Below, piece by piece: positions 38,050 through 50,502 of a DNA stretch of 64,000 nt. Both the position numbers and the translations under genes were made by a program. Numbering within the stretch: position 1 is the first letter of the stretch; every line of letters begins with the position of its first letter. Origin of the DNA: an uncultured Verrucomicrobiales bacterium (lineage in GTDB: Bacteria > Verrucomicrobiota > Verrucomicrobiia > Verrucomicrobiales > Akkermansiaceae); the NCBI GenBank assembly GCA_937951675.1, contig CALFBI010000017.1, forward strand, positions 1 through 64,000. The letters run 5' to 3'. A model generated the notes under the pieces. It was given only the letters and a program-made list of their open reading frames with translations, did no database searches and was not told the origin of the DNA.

Positions 38050-39297
38050 ATGCCCTCTCCACCCAATCAACTCCGTAAGATGAAAGCCCTTGCGACAGGC
38101 TTACTCATCTTCATGCTCCTTTTATGGTTGGTGACAAGACACTTGCTTTTCCCTGGAGTGGAATGGATTCACGCCTTTGCTGAAGCTGCGATGGTTGGAG
38201 CTTTTGCGGACTGGTTTGCGGTCACCGCACTCTTCCGACACCCATTAGGGATCCCCATCCCGCACACTGCTATCGTGCCCAACCAGCAAAAGAAAATTGC
38301 GGCAGGGCTTGGCTCCTTTCTGCAAGGAAATTTCCTCTCGCCCGAGATTCTTAGTAAAGAATGGAACGACCGCAAGGTTCTCCGACAATCACTTCTTTGG
38401 CTTCGAGAAGAAAAGAATTCTCTCCAAACCGCACGGGTTATTTCTCAGGCTATCCCTACCATCCTCTCTCAAATTGACTTCCGAGATAATATTCCCTCTC
38501 TTGTTAAAAATTCTCTTCGAAAGGCCGCAAAAGCTCCTCTTGCCCCTACCCTCATCCACTTACTCGAACGGTTCCATGCTGACCCTGAACATCGACGCCT
38601 GATCGCGGCTCTCCTTGGGCGCTTCGCGAATGTCGTTAATCAAAACAAAGACCGTGTCATCCAAGAAGCGAGAGAGGGAGCCCCTCTTAAAGACCGAAAA
38701 ATTATTGGCAAAATCACGCAAGCCGTTGCCAGCAATTTTTCGACCCAAGCGGTCGACCGCCTAGAGGCTCAGTTTCTCGACGCCAGTGTCGACCTCAATC
38801 ACCCGCTACACGAAAAAATCGACGCGGCGATCATCTCCCAAGCACAGCAATGGCGAACAGATGGCACCATCCAACCCGCCTGGAGAAAACTTTACGAAAT
38901 GGTCCTCAACGACCCCCAAACCGAAGCCTTCCTCTCACAGTTTCTCGCAAACTCGAGCCTCAATCTCATCGAAAACCTCCAGAAACCAGACTCTCCCATT
39001 CACCTCATGCTGCAGAAGCGGCTTCAAACTTGGGTTGAAAAGCTCGAATCCCAACCCGAAACTCTAGCCTGGCTTGAGACCTCTTCTGAAAGATGGATCA
39101 CCCAAATCGCCATACACCATGGCCCCACCTTCCAGAAATTGGTCGAAAACACAGTCAACGCCTGGGACCCATCGACCCTCACTCAAAAACTTGAGCAGCA
39201 AATCGGACCGGACCTACAGTTCATCCGTATCAATGGAACAACGATCGGAGGCCTCATTGGTCTTCTCATTCACAGCGCTGAAAAGCTGCTCCCTTGA
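38050..39297 (+). CDS. DUF445-family membrane protein (YjiN-like)
   Basis: N-terminal TM then conserved …HAFAEAAMVGAFADWFAVTALFRHPLGIPIPHTAIVPNQQKKIA… block, recalled as characteristic of DUF445; C-terminal …INGTTIGGLIGLLIH…. Confidence 0.45.
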   Translation: MPSPPNQLRKMKALATGLLIFMLLLWLVTRHLLFPGVEWIHAFAEAAMVGAFADWFAVTALFRHPLGIPIPHTAIVPNQQKKIAAGLGSFLQGNFLSPEILSKEWNDRKVLRQSLLWLREEKNSLQTARVISQAIPTILSQIDFRDNIPSLVKNSLRKAAKAPLAPTLIHLLERFHADPEHRRLIAALLGRFANVVNQNKDRVIQEAREGAPLKDRKIIGKITQAVASNFSTQAVDRLEAQFLDASVDLNHPLHEKIDAAIISQAQQWRTDGTIQPAWRKLYEMVLNDPQTEAFLSQFLANSSLNLIENLQKPDSPIHLMLQKRLQTWVEKLESQPETLAWLETSSERWITQIAIHHGPTFQKLVENTVNAWDPSTLTQKLEQQIGPDLQFIRINGTTIGGLIGLLIHSAEKLLP

Positions 39298-39313
39298 AAG
39301 AGCTCTGCCCGCC

Positions 39314-40207
39314 TCAAGAAATTAAGGCCAAGGCCACCGCAACGACCATCAGAGTCGAGCCGAATAATTTTTTGCGAATCGAAACGCCTGAAGCATTTCT
39401 CCCAATCAGCCATATCAAAATCACCGCCATCATCCCGCGAGTGCTGAAAATGATATTAATGAGCACCGGCACATTAAAATGACTCAATGAATAGTTCACG
39501 AGCAAGGCTTGAACCCCGATTAAAAAACCCGCTCCGAGGACCATGGCCGCAATCAGTGGTTGGCGTAAATAAACCGTTGCCGTCTTCACCCGGGGAACTA
39601 AGAAAAAGACAGAAACAAGACCACTCCCCAGCATCATGATCACTAACCAACGCACTGGGCCATAACCTTGCGCCCAGAAAGCTGTCATATAGTCGGAAAT
39701 TCCAAAAATAAGACAACTGATCAGGGTGAGCCAAACTGTTTTCTGTGAGCGCCTCCACCCTTCCAAGGTCGCCCCCGCCACGAAATAAACCGACACAATG
39801 GCGAGAATCGTCGCGATCACGATTAAGCCCGAAATCTTTTCGAGCCCGAAAAAGAAAGACAAAAGAGCGACGACAAAAAGCTTCGCCCCCATCGCCGAAG
39901 AATGCACGGCGAGATCCCCTGTCTTAATGGCATGGATTGAAAACCACTGCCCAAAGAAAAACAAAACCCCCACCAAAGCTGGAGCGAGGTCAGCGGAAGA
40001 AAGCGGAAAAATAGAAGGAGCTCCAAACCAAAGATAAAACAAAAGCGCTGAGATCAAATTACTCATTGCCGCCATTAAAATCAGCCCTACCCCATCCTTC
40101 GCCGCACGCTGAATCATCATCCCTAAAACAGGGTGAAGAATAGCACCCAACAGAGGAAAAATGATGACAAGAGGATTCATAAAACTAACGACCTCACCAT
40201 CTGCCAA
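39314..40207 (-). CDS. DMT-superfamily (EamA-like) transporter
   Basis: ~10 TM helices with duplicated EamA-like halves (…GMMIQRAAKDGVGLILMAAMSNLISALLFY… / …FGISDYMTAFWAQGYGPVRWLVIMMLGSGLVSVFF…). Confidence 0.55.
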   Translation of the reverse strand: MADGEVVSFMNPLVIIFPLLGAILHPVLGMMIQRAAKDGVGLILMAAMSNLISALLFYLWFGAPSIFPLSSADLAPALVGVLFFFGQWFSIHAIKTGDLAVHSSAMGAKLFVVALLSFFFGLEKISGLIVIATILAIVSVYFVAGATLEGWRRSQKTVWLTLISCLIFGISDYMTAFWAQGYGPVRWLVIMMLGSGLVSVFFLVPRVKTATVYLRQPLIAAMVLGAGFLIGVQALLVNYSLSHFNVPVLINIIFSTRGMMAVILIWLIGRNASGVSIRKKLFGSTLMVVAVALALIS

Positions 40208-40231
40208 TAAATCGGCGCGTCAAGCGCACCA

Positions 40232-40549
40232 TCACACAAACTTCAAATCTTTCGAGGCATCTGTCTCATAATCACCTCCGATACTTCCCGCCGTATATGG
40301 CATCACCACCTCATGCAGGAATTTAAGAAAATGAGCGTCTTTCTTGATCATTTTTAACCGATCGGTCGTCTCTACTGAAAACGAAACATAGAACCCATAC
40401 TCCTCCTCAGGGTCAACATTTCGCCCAGCGGAAAGCGCCAAAACCTCGGGGATTTTCAGCAAAATCGACCGCGTCTGCCGCATCATCTCGACAACCATCT
40501 CCGGGCTGGTGTCTTTTTTCAAACGGTAATGTGCGACGTGCTGGATCAT
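40232..40549 (-). CDS. Dabb-family stress-responsive alpha/beta-barrel protein
   Basis: MIQHVAHYRLKKDTSPEMVVEMMRQTRSILLKIPEVLALSAGRNVD…FYVSFSVETTDRLKMIKKDAHFLKFLHEVVMPY matches the Dabb (stress responsive A/B barrel) pattern. First ATG at 40549; the track start at 40558 is TTG. Confidence 0.6.
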   Translation of the reverse strand: MIQHVAHYRLKKDTSPEMVVEMMRQTRSILLKIPEVLALSAGRNVDPEEEYGFYVSFSVETTDRLKMIKKDAHFLKFLHEVVMPYTAGSIGGDYETDASKDLKFV

Positions 40550-40596
40550 CAGAAACAATAGGGTTGTCGCTTCGCCCCCTTAAAATAGGAAGAAAT

Positions 40597-40992
40597 TCAA
40601 TTCTTCCAGGTCAAAGCGCCCTTCTTAAGAGCATAAAGATAAGCGACTACTAAAACGAGAGCGAAAATAAGCATACTCCAAAGCGCAGTCCCATCATTCA
40701 TCACAAGCTCCTGAAATTGAACCGCCCATGGATACATGAAAACCACCTCGATATCAAACAGAACGAACAACATCGCGACCAAATAAAACTTCACACTAAA
40801 ACGTGGGGCCCCATCTCCAATCGGCAGCATTCCGCACTCATAAGCAGTATCTTTAATCTGATTCCGCTTCGCTCGCTGCCCGAGCAGGACACTCAGCACC
40901 AAGGCTACCACCGCAAAACCAATCGCAATAATGATTTGGAGAAAAATAGGTAAATAGTCGTTCAGCATCGTCGTTTGTAAAAAAGCCCACAT
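40597..40992 (-). CDS. nuoA: NADH-quinone oxidoreductase subunit A, encoded without adjacent nuoB–N
   Basis: …YLPIFLQIIIAIGFAVVALVLSVLLG…AYECGMLPIGDGAPRFSVKFYLVAMLFVLFDIEVVFMYPWAV… is the canonical NuoA/ND3 core (ECG…KFYLVAM…FD-E). Three TMs, 131 aa. Confidence 0.8.
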   Translation of the reverse strand: MWAFLQTTMLNDYLPIFLQIIIAIGFAVVALVLSVLLGQRAKRNQIKDTAYECGMLPIGDGAPRFSVKFYLVAMLFVLFDIEVVFMYPWAVQFQELVMNDGTALWSMLIFALVLVVAYLYALKKGALTWKN

Positions 40993-41081
40993 CAGATCAT
41001 CCTGATGTGGGCAATAGTTAAAGGTTAATCAGGGCTCGTTTCCAACTAGAAAATGAAGAAAATGAACCCTCTTTTGATCAA

Positions 41082-41381
41082 TTATTGTGCAGCGATATGA
41101 TCACTGTGAGCTTCGCGGATACGCTCAAGCCCCTTATATTCTTTCCCGCCTTTCTCGACTAAACCGCGAGTGACAAGATTTTGAAGTTTCTCATAAGCGC
41201 GTAAACGGAGCATTTCTTCTCCGCCACTAACTGCATTTCTTTCTTTCAGGCGGCCGTAAACGAGCTCAAAAAGCTCATTAAAGCCAAAAAACTTAGGATC
41301 TGTTTCCAAAACATTAACCAGCTCATCTGTGACGTGATCTGGAAGGCGTCTTGAGAAACGAGTTCTTTTTGTTGTAGCCAT
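41082..41381 (-). CDS. Hypothetical small basic/helical protein
   Basis: ORF only; 99 aa, predicted helical, no recognisable motif. Sits in a codon-usage-consistent region with a 90-bp gap to nuoA. Confidence 0.3.
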   Translation of the reverse strand: MATTKRTRFSRRLPDHVTDELVNVLETDPKFFGFNELFELVYGRLKERNAVSGGEEMLRLRAYEKLQNLVTRGLVEKGGKEYKGLERIREAHSDHIAAQ

Positions 41382-41629
41382 AGGAGGGGCAACTTAGCAG
41401 CCCATGAATAAGAAAGCGAGCGCAAATCTTTCACTTCATGATTTTTTTCATCTCCTTACAAGAGGAAATCTTCATTATTTCAGCATCATGAGATGAATGA
41501 CACCCCCATCAAAAGGCATACAGATAAGTGGCAAGCTCATCAATTTGATGACTCTTTGGGAAACTTCAATTGGATACTCTTACCGGGATCTGGGGCGTAA
41601 ACAATTTAACATTCTCTCCATCTCAGAAA

Positions 41630-42124
41630 CTATCTTGATGCATCAGGGTCTTCATCCGCTCGGATCAGAACCACATCATCTGAAGTCTCCGGGGTCTTCA
41701 TCGGTTCCAAATCAACATAAATGAGACCGATATCCTGATTATTAGACCCTTTATCAACGCAGGCACTCCCTGTATAGGCTGCCGTAATCTTGATTTGTTG
41801 ACCTTTGCTCTTTGCAAAAGGTCCTTTCTTTCCTCCTGATTTCGATTTGATTTCTGTGCTCGAGTTCATTTCTGGCACCACTTCAAAGTCGGTGGTGTCA
41901 CTAACCGTCCACTTTGTATCTGCGCAACTTCCGGACCTTGGCTCCCCGTCCTTCTCATCTACTACCGGAAATCTACAACTCGTAGTAAGAGGGGCGGTAT
42001 CAAAAATATTGTTCACATCAGGTTTTTCCATCGTGTAAACATCACATTTGGTTGGCACATTCGCATCTCCGCTTTGAGCATGAAGGTTTATGAACAAAGG
42101 GCACGCTAAGAGCCCTCCAATCAC
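41630..42124 (-). CDS. Hypothetical secreted protein, possibly a lipoprotein, Cys-containing
   Basis: N-terminal hydrophobic signal (MIGGLLACPLFINLHAQSG), 4+ Cys, and a Lys/Gly-rich C-terminal half. No family recognised. Confidence 0.35.
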   Translation of the reverse strand: MIGGLLACPLFINLHAQSGDANVPTKCDVYTMEKPDVNNIFDTAPLTTSCRFPVVDEKDGEPRSGSCADTKWTVSDTTDFEVVPEMNSSTEIKSKSGGKKGPFAKSKGQQIKITAAYTGSACVDKGSNNQDIGLIYVDLEPMKTPETSDDVVLIRADEDPDASR

Positions 42125-42238
42125 CAGAACGCGATACCGAATAAACCTTCTTCCTCCTCAAAGGATCAAACGATTAAAAACTTGTGATGTAGTCGCAAGG
42201 AATGAAAGGAATAATTCACCCCTAGCCAAAAAAATTAA

Positions 42239-42270
42239 AACGATCTTCCCGTCATATTGGGAAGATCGTT
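42239..42270 (-). terminator. Rho-independent terminator after carB
   Basis: AACGATCTTCCC-gtcatatt-GGGAAGATCGTT perfect 12-bp stem. On the minus strand it is followed by TTAATTTTTTTGG. Lies 25–55 nt downstream of the carB stop (42295). Confidence 0.65.
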
Positions 42271-42294
42271 AAAAAGAAACGAAAGCAAATCAAT

Positions 42295-45200
42295 TTACGA
42301 GTGATACTCTTGAATCGTCTTCACCTCGAACGGTAAGGATTGAAGCGAACGAATCGCACGGACGCAGGCGTCAGCAGCAGAAAGGTTGGTGCAGTGGCTG
42401 ATCTTATTCGCAACTGCGGCGCTTCGGATTTCGACTTCGTCTTCGCGAGCTTCATGGCCACTTGGCGTATTGATGATAAAGGTGATTTCACCATTTTTCA
42501 TCATGTCTAACACATTAGGCCGCTTTTGTTCAGCGAGCTTATAGACCCGTTGGCAAGGAACCCCTTCCGCCGCGAGGCGCTTATAAGTTCCTCCGGTAGA
42601 AAAGACTTCGAAACCTAGGTCAACGAGATCACGTGCAATTGGCATCACCCGCTCTTTGTCGTGATCACTCACCGAGAGAAAGACTTTCCCTTCTTTTGGA
42701 AGTGGGTTGAAGGCACTGATCTGACTCTTGGCATAGGCCATTCCTAAGTCTGCATCGATCCCCATGACCTCCCCGGTCGATTTCATTTCAGGGCCAAGCA
42801 CAATATCAATCCCTGGGAAACGAGGCCAAGGGAAGACCGCTTCTTTGACCGCGTAATGACTTGGTTCGACTTCTTCGGTGAAGCCAAGTTCTTTCAGCGT
42901 TTTTCCTGCCATCACCTTGGCGGCAAGTTTTGCAAGCGGCACCCCGATTGCTTTTGATACGAAAGGAACCGTGCGTGAAGCGCGAGGGTTGACCTCGATC
43001 ACGTAAAGTTCTTCATCCTTCACTGCGAACTGGATATTCATGAGGCCTCGGACATTGAGCTCACGAGCTAAGTCTTTCGCCGCAGTGGTGATCTGAGCCT
43101 TCATGGAAGCGCTGAGGCTGTAAGAAGGAATCACACAGGCCGAATCGCCAGAGTGAATTCCAGCTTGCTCAATGTGTTCCATGATCGCTCCTACCACTGA
43201 AGTTTCGCCATCAGAGATACAATCAACATCAATCTCAGTCGCACCTTCTAAAAAGCGATCAACGAGAACTGGACGCTCTGGAGAAGCATCTACGGCATTG
43301 CGCATGTAATGAGCTAGTTCTGTATCATTATAAACAATCATCATCGCTCTTCCTCCAAGAACGAAGGAAGGACGAACCAAAACAGGGTAACCAATCCGAG
43401 CCGAAACTTCGAGCGCCTCTTCTGCGCTCGTAGCGGTTCCTGCCTCAGCTTGCTTCAAGCCAATCTTATCAAGCAGGGCTGAGAAAAACTTACGATCCTC
43501 AGCCAGTTCGATCGACTCTGGAGAGGTCCCAATAATAGGGACTCCATGCGCCTTAAGTTTTGCAGCAAGATTGAGAGGCGTTTGCCCCCCAAACTGAACG
43601 ATCACTCCATCAGGTTTTTCTTGATCACAGATATTGAGAACGTCCTCGAGCGTTAGAGGCTCAAAGAAAAGTTTATCACTGGTATCATAGTCTGTAGAAA
43701 CCGTTTCAGGATTCGAGTTCACCATGATCGTTTCATACCCAAGCTCCTTGAGCGCAAAAGAGGCGTGAACACAGCAGTAATCGAATTCAATTCCCTGACC
43801 GATCCGGTTTGGACCGCCGCCTAGAATCACAATCTTTTTCTTATCGGTGATACGAGCTTCGTTTTCATCACCGTAAGTGGAATAGAAGTAAGGAGTATAC
43901 GCTTCAAACTCGGCAGCGCAGGTGTCAACCAAGCGGTAAGTCGGAATGATTCCTGCGGCTTTTCGTTCTGCCCGAACTTCTTCTTCGGAGACACCTCGTG
44001 AATGAGCAATCTGAGCGTCTGAGAAACCTAGTTTTTTAGCCCGACGTAAATCGGTCTGTGCAAGGTTCAACCCTTCCTTCACAATCTGCTCAAGCTGATG
44101 GAGGAACCAAATATCAATCGTCGTGGCCTCTCGCACCTCTTCTAAAGTCCAGCCCTGCTCGAAGGCGACTTTAATCCAAAAAATACGTTCTGCATTCGGA
44201 ACAATGAGCTTTCGCTCAATCTCTTCACGAGTTGGAGCTTCCGGATCTTTGCCATCAAACCCAAATCCTGCACGGCCCGTCTCTAGTGAGCGAAGCGCTT
44301 TCTGCATCGATTCTTTAAAGGTGCGGCCAATGCTCATTGCCTCCCCCACAGACTTCATCTGAGTTGTTAGGACTGGGTCTGCAGTTGGGAATTTTTCGAA
44401 AGTGAACCGTGGAAGTTTCGTGACAACATAATCAATGGTCGGCTCGAAACTTGCTGGAGTTTCACGAGTAATGTCATTCTTGAGCTCATCCAGGGTGTAA
44501 CCCACTGCTAGCTTCGCCGCGATTTTAGCAATCGGGAAGCCGGTGGCTTTCGAGGCGAGGGCTGACGAGCGAGAAACCCTCGGGTTCATCTCAATCACGA
44601 TGCAGCGTCCATCTGCGGGATTCACCGAGAACTGAATGTTAGAACCTCCGGTCTCTACTCCAATTTCCCGAATGCAGGCAAATGAAGCATCCCGCATGAT
44701 TTGATATTCACGATCAGTAAGAGTCTGCGCTGGCGCTACCGTGATTGAATCTCCGGTATGAACCCCCATTGGGTCAAAGTTTTCGATAGCACAAATGACC
44801 ACGCAGTTGTCAGCGCAGTCACGCATGACCTCCATTTCATACTCTTTCCAGCCAAGCAGGCTCTCCTCGATCAACACCTCTGTCACAGGGCTTAAATCAA
44901 GGCCGCGGGTGACAATCGTCTCAAGCTCTTCTTTATTATAAGCAATCCCTCCTCCTGAACCACCAAGGGTGAAAGCAGGACGAATGATGAGAGGAAACGT
45001 GCCGATCTCTTGCGCAATCTTACGGGAATCTTCCATCGTATGCGCCACTCCAGACTTGGGCAGGTCGAGGCCAATTCCAAGCATCGCTTCTTTGAAACGA
45101 AGACGGTCTTCTCCTTTATCAATCGCATCGGCATTCGCGCCAATCATGCGCACGTTGAGGCGATCGAGCGCTCCGCTTTTGAAAAGATCCATGGCCGCAT

Positions 45201-45501
45201 TTAAGGCGGTTTGACCTCCAAGAGTCGGTAAAAGAGCATCTGGCTTCTCTCGCTCAATAATTTTAATAATCGATTCCGTGGTGATAGGTTCGATATAAGT
45301 TCGCTCAGCCGTCTCGGGATCGGTCATGATTGTCGCGGGATTGGAATTAACCAAAACCACTTCATAGCCCTCCTCCCGTAAAGCCTTACAAGCTTGAGTT
45401 CCAGAATAGTCGAACTCACATCCTTGGCCGATCACAATAGGACCTGAACCAATGACCAAAATTTTCTTAATAGAAGTGTCTTTAGGCATCTGCGGTGGCA
45501 A
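42295..45501 (-). CDS. carB: Carbamoyl-phosphate synthase large subunit
   Basis: Duplicated ATP-grasp halves (…[28 protein letters not shown]… and …[30 protein letters not shown]…) and C-terminal MGS-like domain. 1068 aa. Confidence 0.95.
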   Translation of the reverse strand: MPPQMPKDTSIKKILVIGSGPIVIGQGCEFDYSGTQACKALREEGYEVVLVNSNPATIMTDPETAERTYIEPITTESIIKIIEREKPDALLPTLGGQTALNAAMDLFKSGALDRLNVRMIGANADAIDKGEDRLRFKEAMLGIGLDLPKSGVAHTMEDSRKIAQEIGTFPLIIRPAFTLGGSGGGIAYNKEELETIVTRGLDLSPVTEVLIEESLLGWKEYEMEVMRDCADNCVVICAIENFDPMGVHTGDSITVAPAQTLTDREYQIMRDASFACIREIGVETGGSNIQFSVNPADGRCIVIEMNPRVSRSSALASKATGFPIAKIAAKLAVGYTLDELKNDITRETPASFEPTIDYVVTKLPRFTFEKFPTADPVLTTQMKSVGEAMSIGRTFKESMQKALRSLETGRAGFGFDGKDPEAPTREEIERKLIVPNAERIFWIKVAFEQGWTLEEVREATTIDIWFLHQLEQIVKEGLNLAQTDLRRAKKLGFSDAQIAHSRGVSEEEVRAERKAAGIIPTYRLVDTCAAEFEAYTPYFYSTYGDENEARITDKKKIVILGGGPNRIGQGIEFDYCCVHASFALKELGYETIMVNSNPETVSTDYDTSDKLFFEPLTLEDVLNICDQEKPDGVIVQFGGQTPLNLAAKLKAHGVPIIGTSPESIELAEDRKFFSALLDKIGLKQAEAGTATSAEEALEVSARIGYPVLVRPSFVLGGRAMMIVYNDTELAHYMRNAVDASPERPVLVDRFLEGATEIDVDCISDGETSVVGAIMEHIEQAGIHSGDSACVIPSYSLSASMKAQITTAAKDLARELNVRGLMNIQFAVKDEELYVIEVNPRASRTVPFVSKAIGVPLAKLAAKVMAGKTLKELGFTEEVEPSHYAVKEAVFPWPRFPGIDIVLGPEMKSTGEVMGIDADLGMAYAKSQISAFNPLPKEGKVFLSVSDHDKERVMPIARDLVDLGFEVFSTGGTYKRLAAEGVPCQRVYKLAEQKRPNVLDMMKNGEITFIINTPSGHEAREDEVEIRSAAVANKISHCTNLSAADACVRAIRSLQSLPFEVKTIQEYHS

Positions 45502-45666
45502 AATTTGAGATTAGATGCCAAGGCTCAACACGAATGTAAAGACTCTTGCGCAAAAAAGAATCAAATGAATTTCCAGAAGGAGGCGTGACCTCCCTCTAAA
45601 GAGGCGATATCATTAATTTAATCGACTGACTTTAAATAGATTGAGTTTAAAGTCAAACGCCCCCAA

Positions 45667-45966
45667 GTGTCATTGACCCTAAGTGCTGGTCGCAAGCCGC
45701 CTCTTCGCATCATATTCTATCTTTGGAAAAGCGACTCCATCGATGATAACTTTTATTATGGAGCCGGTAACTTCCAGCGCTTTGGTGATATGAGCGACTG
45801 GGCCCAAGTCGTCGAACTACAGATTTCAATATCTGGAAGGAGGCTCCATCGCCCCTACACCGATGACTCCTTCATTGTGGAGCTCAATTTAAGAATCATC
45901 GATCGCACTCTCCTGGTGGTGCCCGAGCCCAGCTCTTTTGCCTTATTTAGGCCCTGGGCTTCGTAA
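45667..45966 (+). pseudogene. Possible degenerate PEP-CTERM-type exosortase-substrate remnant
   Basis: The ORF ends …LLVVPEPSSFALFRPWAS*. VPEP followed by a hydrophobic start resembles the PEP-CTERM anchor, but the TM-plus-Arg-cluster tail is missing and may be disrupted. No confident N-terminal signal. Confidence 0.2.
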
Positions 45967-46011
45967 ATCTGACTCCTCGTCGCCGACGAGTCAGGTAATA
46001 GTAATGAAGAT

Positions 46012-46058
46012 CAAAAAAATGCCGCCTTGAATCAATCAAAGCGGCATTAAAAAAAATT
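46012..46058. terminator. Bidirectional rho-independent terminator (terminates atpC on the minus strand and any + strand read-through)
   Basis: AAAAAAA-ATGCCGC-cttgaatcaatcaaa-GCGGCAT-TAAAAAAAA: 7-bp GC-rich stem flanked by A-runs on both sides (U-tracts on both strands). Lies 12 nt past the atpC stop. Confidence 0.65.
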
Positions 46059-46069
46059 ATGCGATCTTA

Positions 46070-46474
46070 TCAGCGATGCTTCTTCTTCAAATTGAGCTGG
46101 GCCATCGAGTTAGCAATGAGCACCTGAAGTTGTTGCGCCTGTCCTGGATCCACATCAGATCCTTCGAGAGCTTTTTCAGCGCGCTGCATGGCCTCTTCAA
46201 CCGAAGTTTCGTCAATCTCAGCATCACCAAGAGCCATGTCGGTAAGGACGACAACTTTCTCTTGAGTCACTTCAACAAAACCTTTTCCGATTGCCATTTC
46301 CTCGATCTTACCTTCCTTAAGGTAGCGAAGCTCTCCAGGAACAAGAGCTGAGACCATTGCGGCGTGAAGTTCCAAGACGCCCATCTCACCTTCACTGGCA
46401 GGAAGGTAAACGTCTTCAACGATGTCTGAGAAGATTTTCTTCTCAGGAGTTACGATTTCGAGATGGAGTGCCAT
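46070..46474 (-). CDS. atpC: F0F1 ATP synthase subunit epsilon
   Basis: MALHLEIVTPEKKIFSDIVEDVYLPASEGEMGVLELHAAMVSAL… is the canonical epsilon N-terminal beta-sandwich. Last gene of the atp operon. Confidence 0.9.
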   Translation of the reverse strand: MALHLEIVTPEKKIFSDIVEDVYLPASEGEMGVLELHAAMVSALVPGELRYLKEGKIEEMAIGKGFVEVTQEKVVVLTDMALGDAEIDETSVEEAMQRAEKALEGSDVDPGQAQQLQVLIANSMAQLNLKKKHR

Positions 46475-46480
46475 GAGAAA

Positions 46481-47962
<1,482 letters not shown>

Positions 47963-47997
47963 TTAAAATTGATTGGTAGTCCGTAAATTTGAAAAAA

Positions 47998-48894
47998 TCA
48001 CTCCATTGCTTTCATCGCAGTAGTGATCTCGAGAAGCTCTGCAGTAATCGCAGCTTGGCGGAGTTTGTTGTATTTGAGAGTGAGCTCTTTGGTCATCTTT
48101 TTCGCATTATCGGTTGCACCTTTCATGGCGACCATACGAGAAGAATGTTCTGAGGCACGGGCCTCCACGAGCATCTGGTAAACTTGGAAATCGATGTAAA
48201 GAGGCAAGAGGCTATCGAGCACCCCTTGAGCATTCGGCTCAAAAAGATAGTCTTTCTCCAAAGCCTTTTCCTTATCAGTTTCTCCGATTTGGTCTTTCCC
48301 TACCCCTTCGTAATCCTGCTTCTCAGCGAGGGATCCCGCTTCGATTGGAAGGAGTTGCTGAACGTGAGCTACTTGAGTCAAGGTGCTCACAAAGTTCGTG
48401 AAAGCAACACTGACCTTATTAAACTCTCCGCTAAGGAATTTTTCGCTGAGGAATTGTGAAATGATTCGAGCATCTGCGAAAGGCACTGGGTCTTCGATTT
48501 TCCAATCAGCTAAAAGAGCGCGTTGCTCTTTTGCAAAAGTCTGACGGAGTTTTTTACCAACCGTTACGATCTCAGCCTCTTTCGAGACTTCCGCTCTTAC
48601 CCTTTTAAGTAAGTTATTATTAATTGGTCCGCAAAGTCCGCGATCGGTGGAGATGACAAGAATGAGTTCTTTTCCCTCTTCACGAACTTGAAGAAGTGGA
48701 TGAGACTCTTCGCTAACGTTTTCTTTGAGGTTAAGAAGGACTTGGTTCAGCTTATCCGCATATTCACGCCCCGCGAGCGCTTGGCTCTGCGCTTTTTTCA
48801 TCTTCGCAGCAGCAACCATCTGCATGGCGCGGGTGATTTGCGCGGTGCTCTTAACCGATTTGATTCGGCGTCGAATATCTCGAAGGTTGGCCAT
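47998..48894 (-). CDS. atpG: F0F1 ATP synthase subunit gamma
   Basis: MANLRDIRRRIKSVKSTAQITRAMQMVAAAKMKKAQ… N-terminus and C-terminal …ITAELLEITTAMKAME match the gamma subunit. Confidence 0.9.
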   Translation of the reverse strand: MANLRDIRRRIKSVKSTAQITRAMQMVAAAKMKKAQSQALAGREYADKLNQVLLNLKENVSEESHPLLQVREEGKELILVISTDRGLCGPINNNLLKRVRAEVSKEAEIVTVGKKLRQTFAKEQRALLADWKIEDPVPFADARIISQFLSEKFLSGEFNKVSVAFTNFVSTLTQVAHVQQLLPIEAGSLAEKQDYEGVGKDQIGETDKEKALEKDYLFEPNAQGVLDSLLPLYIDFQVYQMLVEARASEHSSRMVAMKGATDNAKKMTKELTLKYNKLRQAAITAELLEITTAMKAME

Positions 48895-48927
48895 AGAGGT
48901 AAGATGTTGCGAAAGCTAATGAAGGAA

Positions 48928-50460
48928 TTATTTCCAAGAAGATTTAAAGTCTTTAATCGCCTGAGTCAGGCCAGCTTTAATGTCGTCGGTGATGACTTTC
49001 TCGTCAGCGATGCTCTGCATGAGCTCTGCTTTGCGAGTGTTGAGGAATTCTTGCAATTCTGCTTGAAATTCTTCTGCTCGCTCAACTTCGACATCATCAA
49101 AGTGGCCATTTTGCATCGCGAAAAGCACTGCTACTGATTCTTCAAGCGAAAGTGGGCTGTATTGCTTCTGCTTGAAAAGCTCTACAATGCGTTGACCACG
49201 CTCGATCTTCGCTTTCGTCGCATCATCAAGATCAGAACCGAACTGAGCAAAAGCCTGAAGCTCACGGAACTGAGCGAGATCAAGTTTTGTGGTTCCTGCT
49301 ACTTTCTTAATCGCTTTCGTCTGCGCTGCCGATCCTACCCGTGAAACGGAAAGACCTACCGAAATCGCAGGGCGAATCCCTTGATAGAAAAGGTCGGTCT
49401 CAAGATAGATCTGACCATCTGTGATCGAAATCACGTTTGTTGGAATGTAAGCAGAAACATCTCCAGCTTGAGTCTCAATGATCGGAAGAGCTGTCAATGA
49501 GCCTCCCCCTGCATTTTCAGAAAGACGTGCTGAACGCTCAAGAAGACGGCTATGAAGGTAGAAAACATCTCCAGGATAAGCTTCCCGGCCGGACGGACGG
49601 CGAAGAATGAGAGACATCTGACGGTAAGCTACCGCGTGCTTAGAAAGATCATCAAAAACGATGAGAACGTCTTTCCCTTGATCCATGAGGTATTCAGCAA
49701 TCGAGCAACCTGAATAAGGGGCGAGAAACTGCATCGTCGCGGAATCTGAAGCAGAAGCGGAAACAACAGTCGTGTATTCCATTGCTCCTGCGTCTTCGAG
49801 AGTTTTAATGGTGCGGGCAACGTTTGAAAGCTTCTGACCTACCGCAACATAAATACAGTAAATAGGCTTATGTCCGGCAAGCTTTCCTGCTTCTGCCGCC
49901 TTGTTCTGACGCGCTTGCGAAATGATCGTATCAACTGCGATTGTTGTTTTGCCGGTAGCACGGTCACCAATGATCAACTCACGTTGGCCACGCCCGATAG
50001 GAACCATGGCGTCGATCGCAAGAATCCCAGTCTGAACAGGAACAGAAACAGATTTACGCTTAATAATCCCTGGAGCAATTTTCTCTACAGGATAAGCAGT
50101 TGTGGCATTAAGGTCACCTTTTCCGTCGATTGGATTTCCGATCCCGTCCACGGTCCGCCCTAAAAGGCTTTCTCCGACAGGAACTTCGAGGAGCTTCCCT
50201 GTCGTCTGACATTCATCACCTTCTTTAATATGCTTATAGTCACCGAGAAGCACGATCCCTACCTCACCTTCTTCAAGGTTTAAGGCCAAGCCAACAACCC
50301 CACCAGGGAAGTCGATCATTTCATTCAGCTGAACGTCGCTAAGACCTTCTACTTTCGCGACTCCGTCCCCGATTTCGCGAACGGTTCCGACGTTGCTCTT
50401 CTCTACAGATGTCGCGACATTTGCGATCTGCTGTTCTAGTTCTTGAAGGATGCTGCTCAT
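48928..50460 (-). CDS. atpA: F0F1 ATP synthase subunit alpha
   Basis: P-loop [11 protein letters not shown] and conserved alpha regions (…[24 protein letters not shown]…); 510 aa. Confidence 0.97.
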   Translation of the reverse strand: MSSILQELEQQIANVATSVEKSNVGTVREIGDGVAKVEGLSDVQLNEMIDFPGGVVGLALNLEEGEVGIVLLGDYKHIKEGDECQTTGKLLEVPVGESLLGRTVDGIGNPIDGKGDLNATTAYPVEKIAPGIIKRKSVSVPVQTGILAIDAMVPIGRGQRELIIGDRATGKTTIAVDTIISQARQNKAAEAGKLAGHKPIYCIYVAVGQKLSNVARTIKTLEDAGAMEYTTVVSASASDSATMQFLAPYSGCSIAEYLMDQGKDVLIVFDDLSKHAVAYRQMSLILRRPSGREAYPGDVFYLHSRLLERSARLSENAGGGSLTALPIIETQAGDVSAYIPTNVISITDGQIYLETDLFYQGIRPAISVGLSVSRVGSAAQTKAIKKVAGTTKLDLAQFRELQAFAQFGSDLDDATKAKIERGQRIVELFKQKQYSPLSLEESVAVLFAMQNGHFDDVEVERAEEFQAELQEFLNTRKAELMQSIADEKVITDDIKAGLTQAIKDFKSSWK

Positions 50461-50502
50461 AGTAGCTTATTATTTAGTGAATGTTTAAAATGAATGAAAA
50501 AA

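Noticed and set aside
45667-45966. Treating the PEP-CTERM-like ORF as an intact gene
   Set aside because: Lacks a signal peptide, and the PEP motif is followed by a truncated, non-canonical tail. Kept only as a low-confidence pseudogene/remnant.
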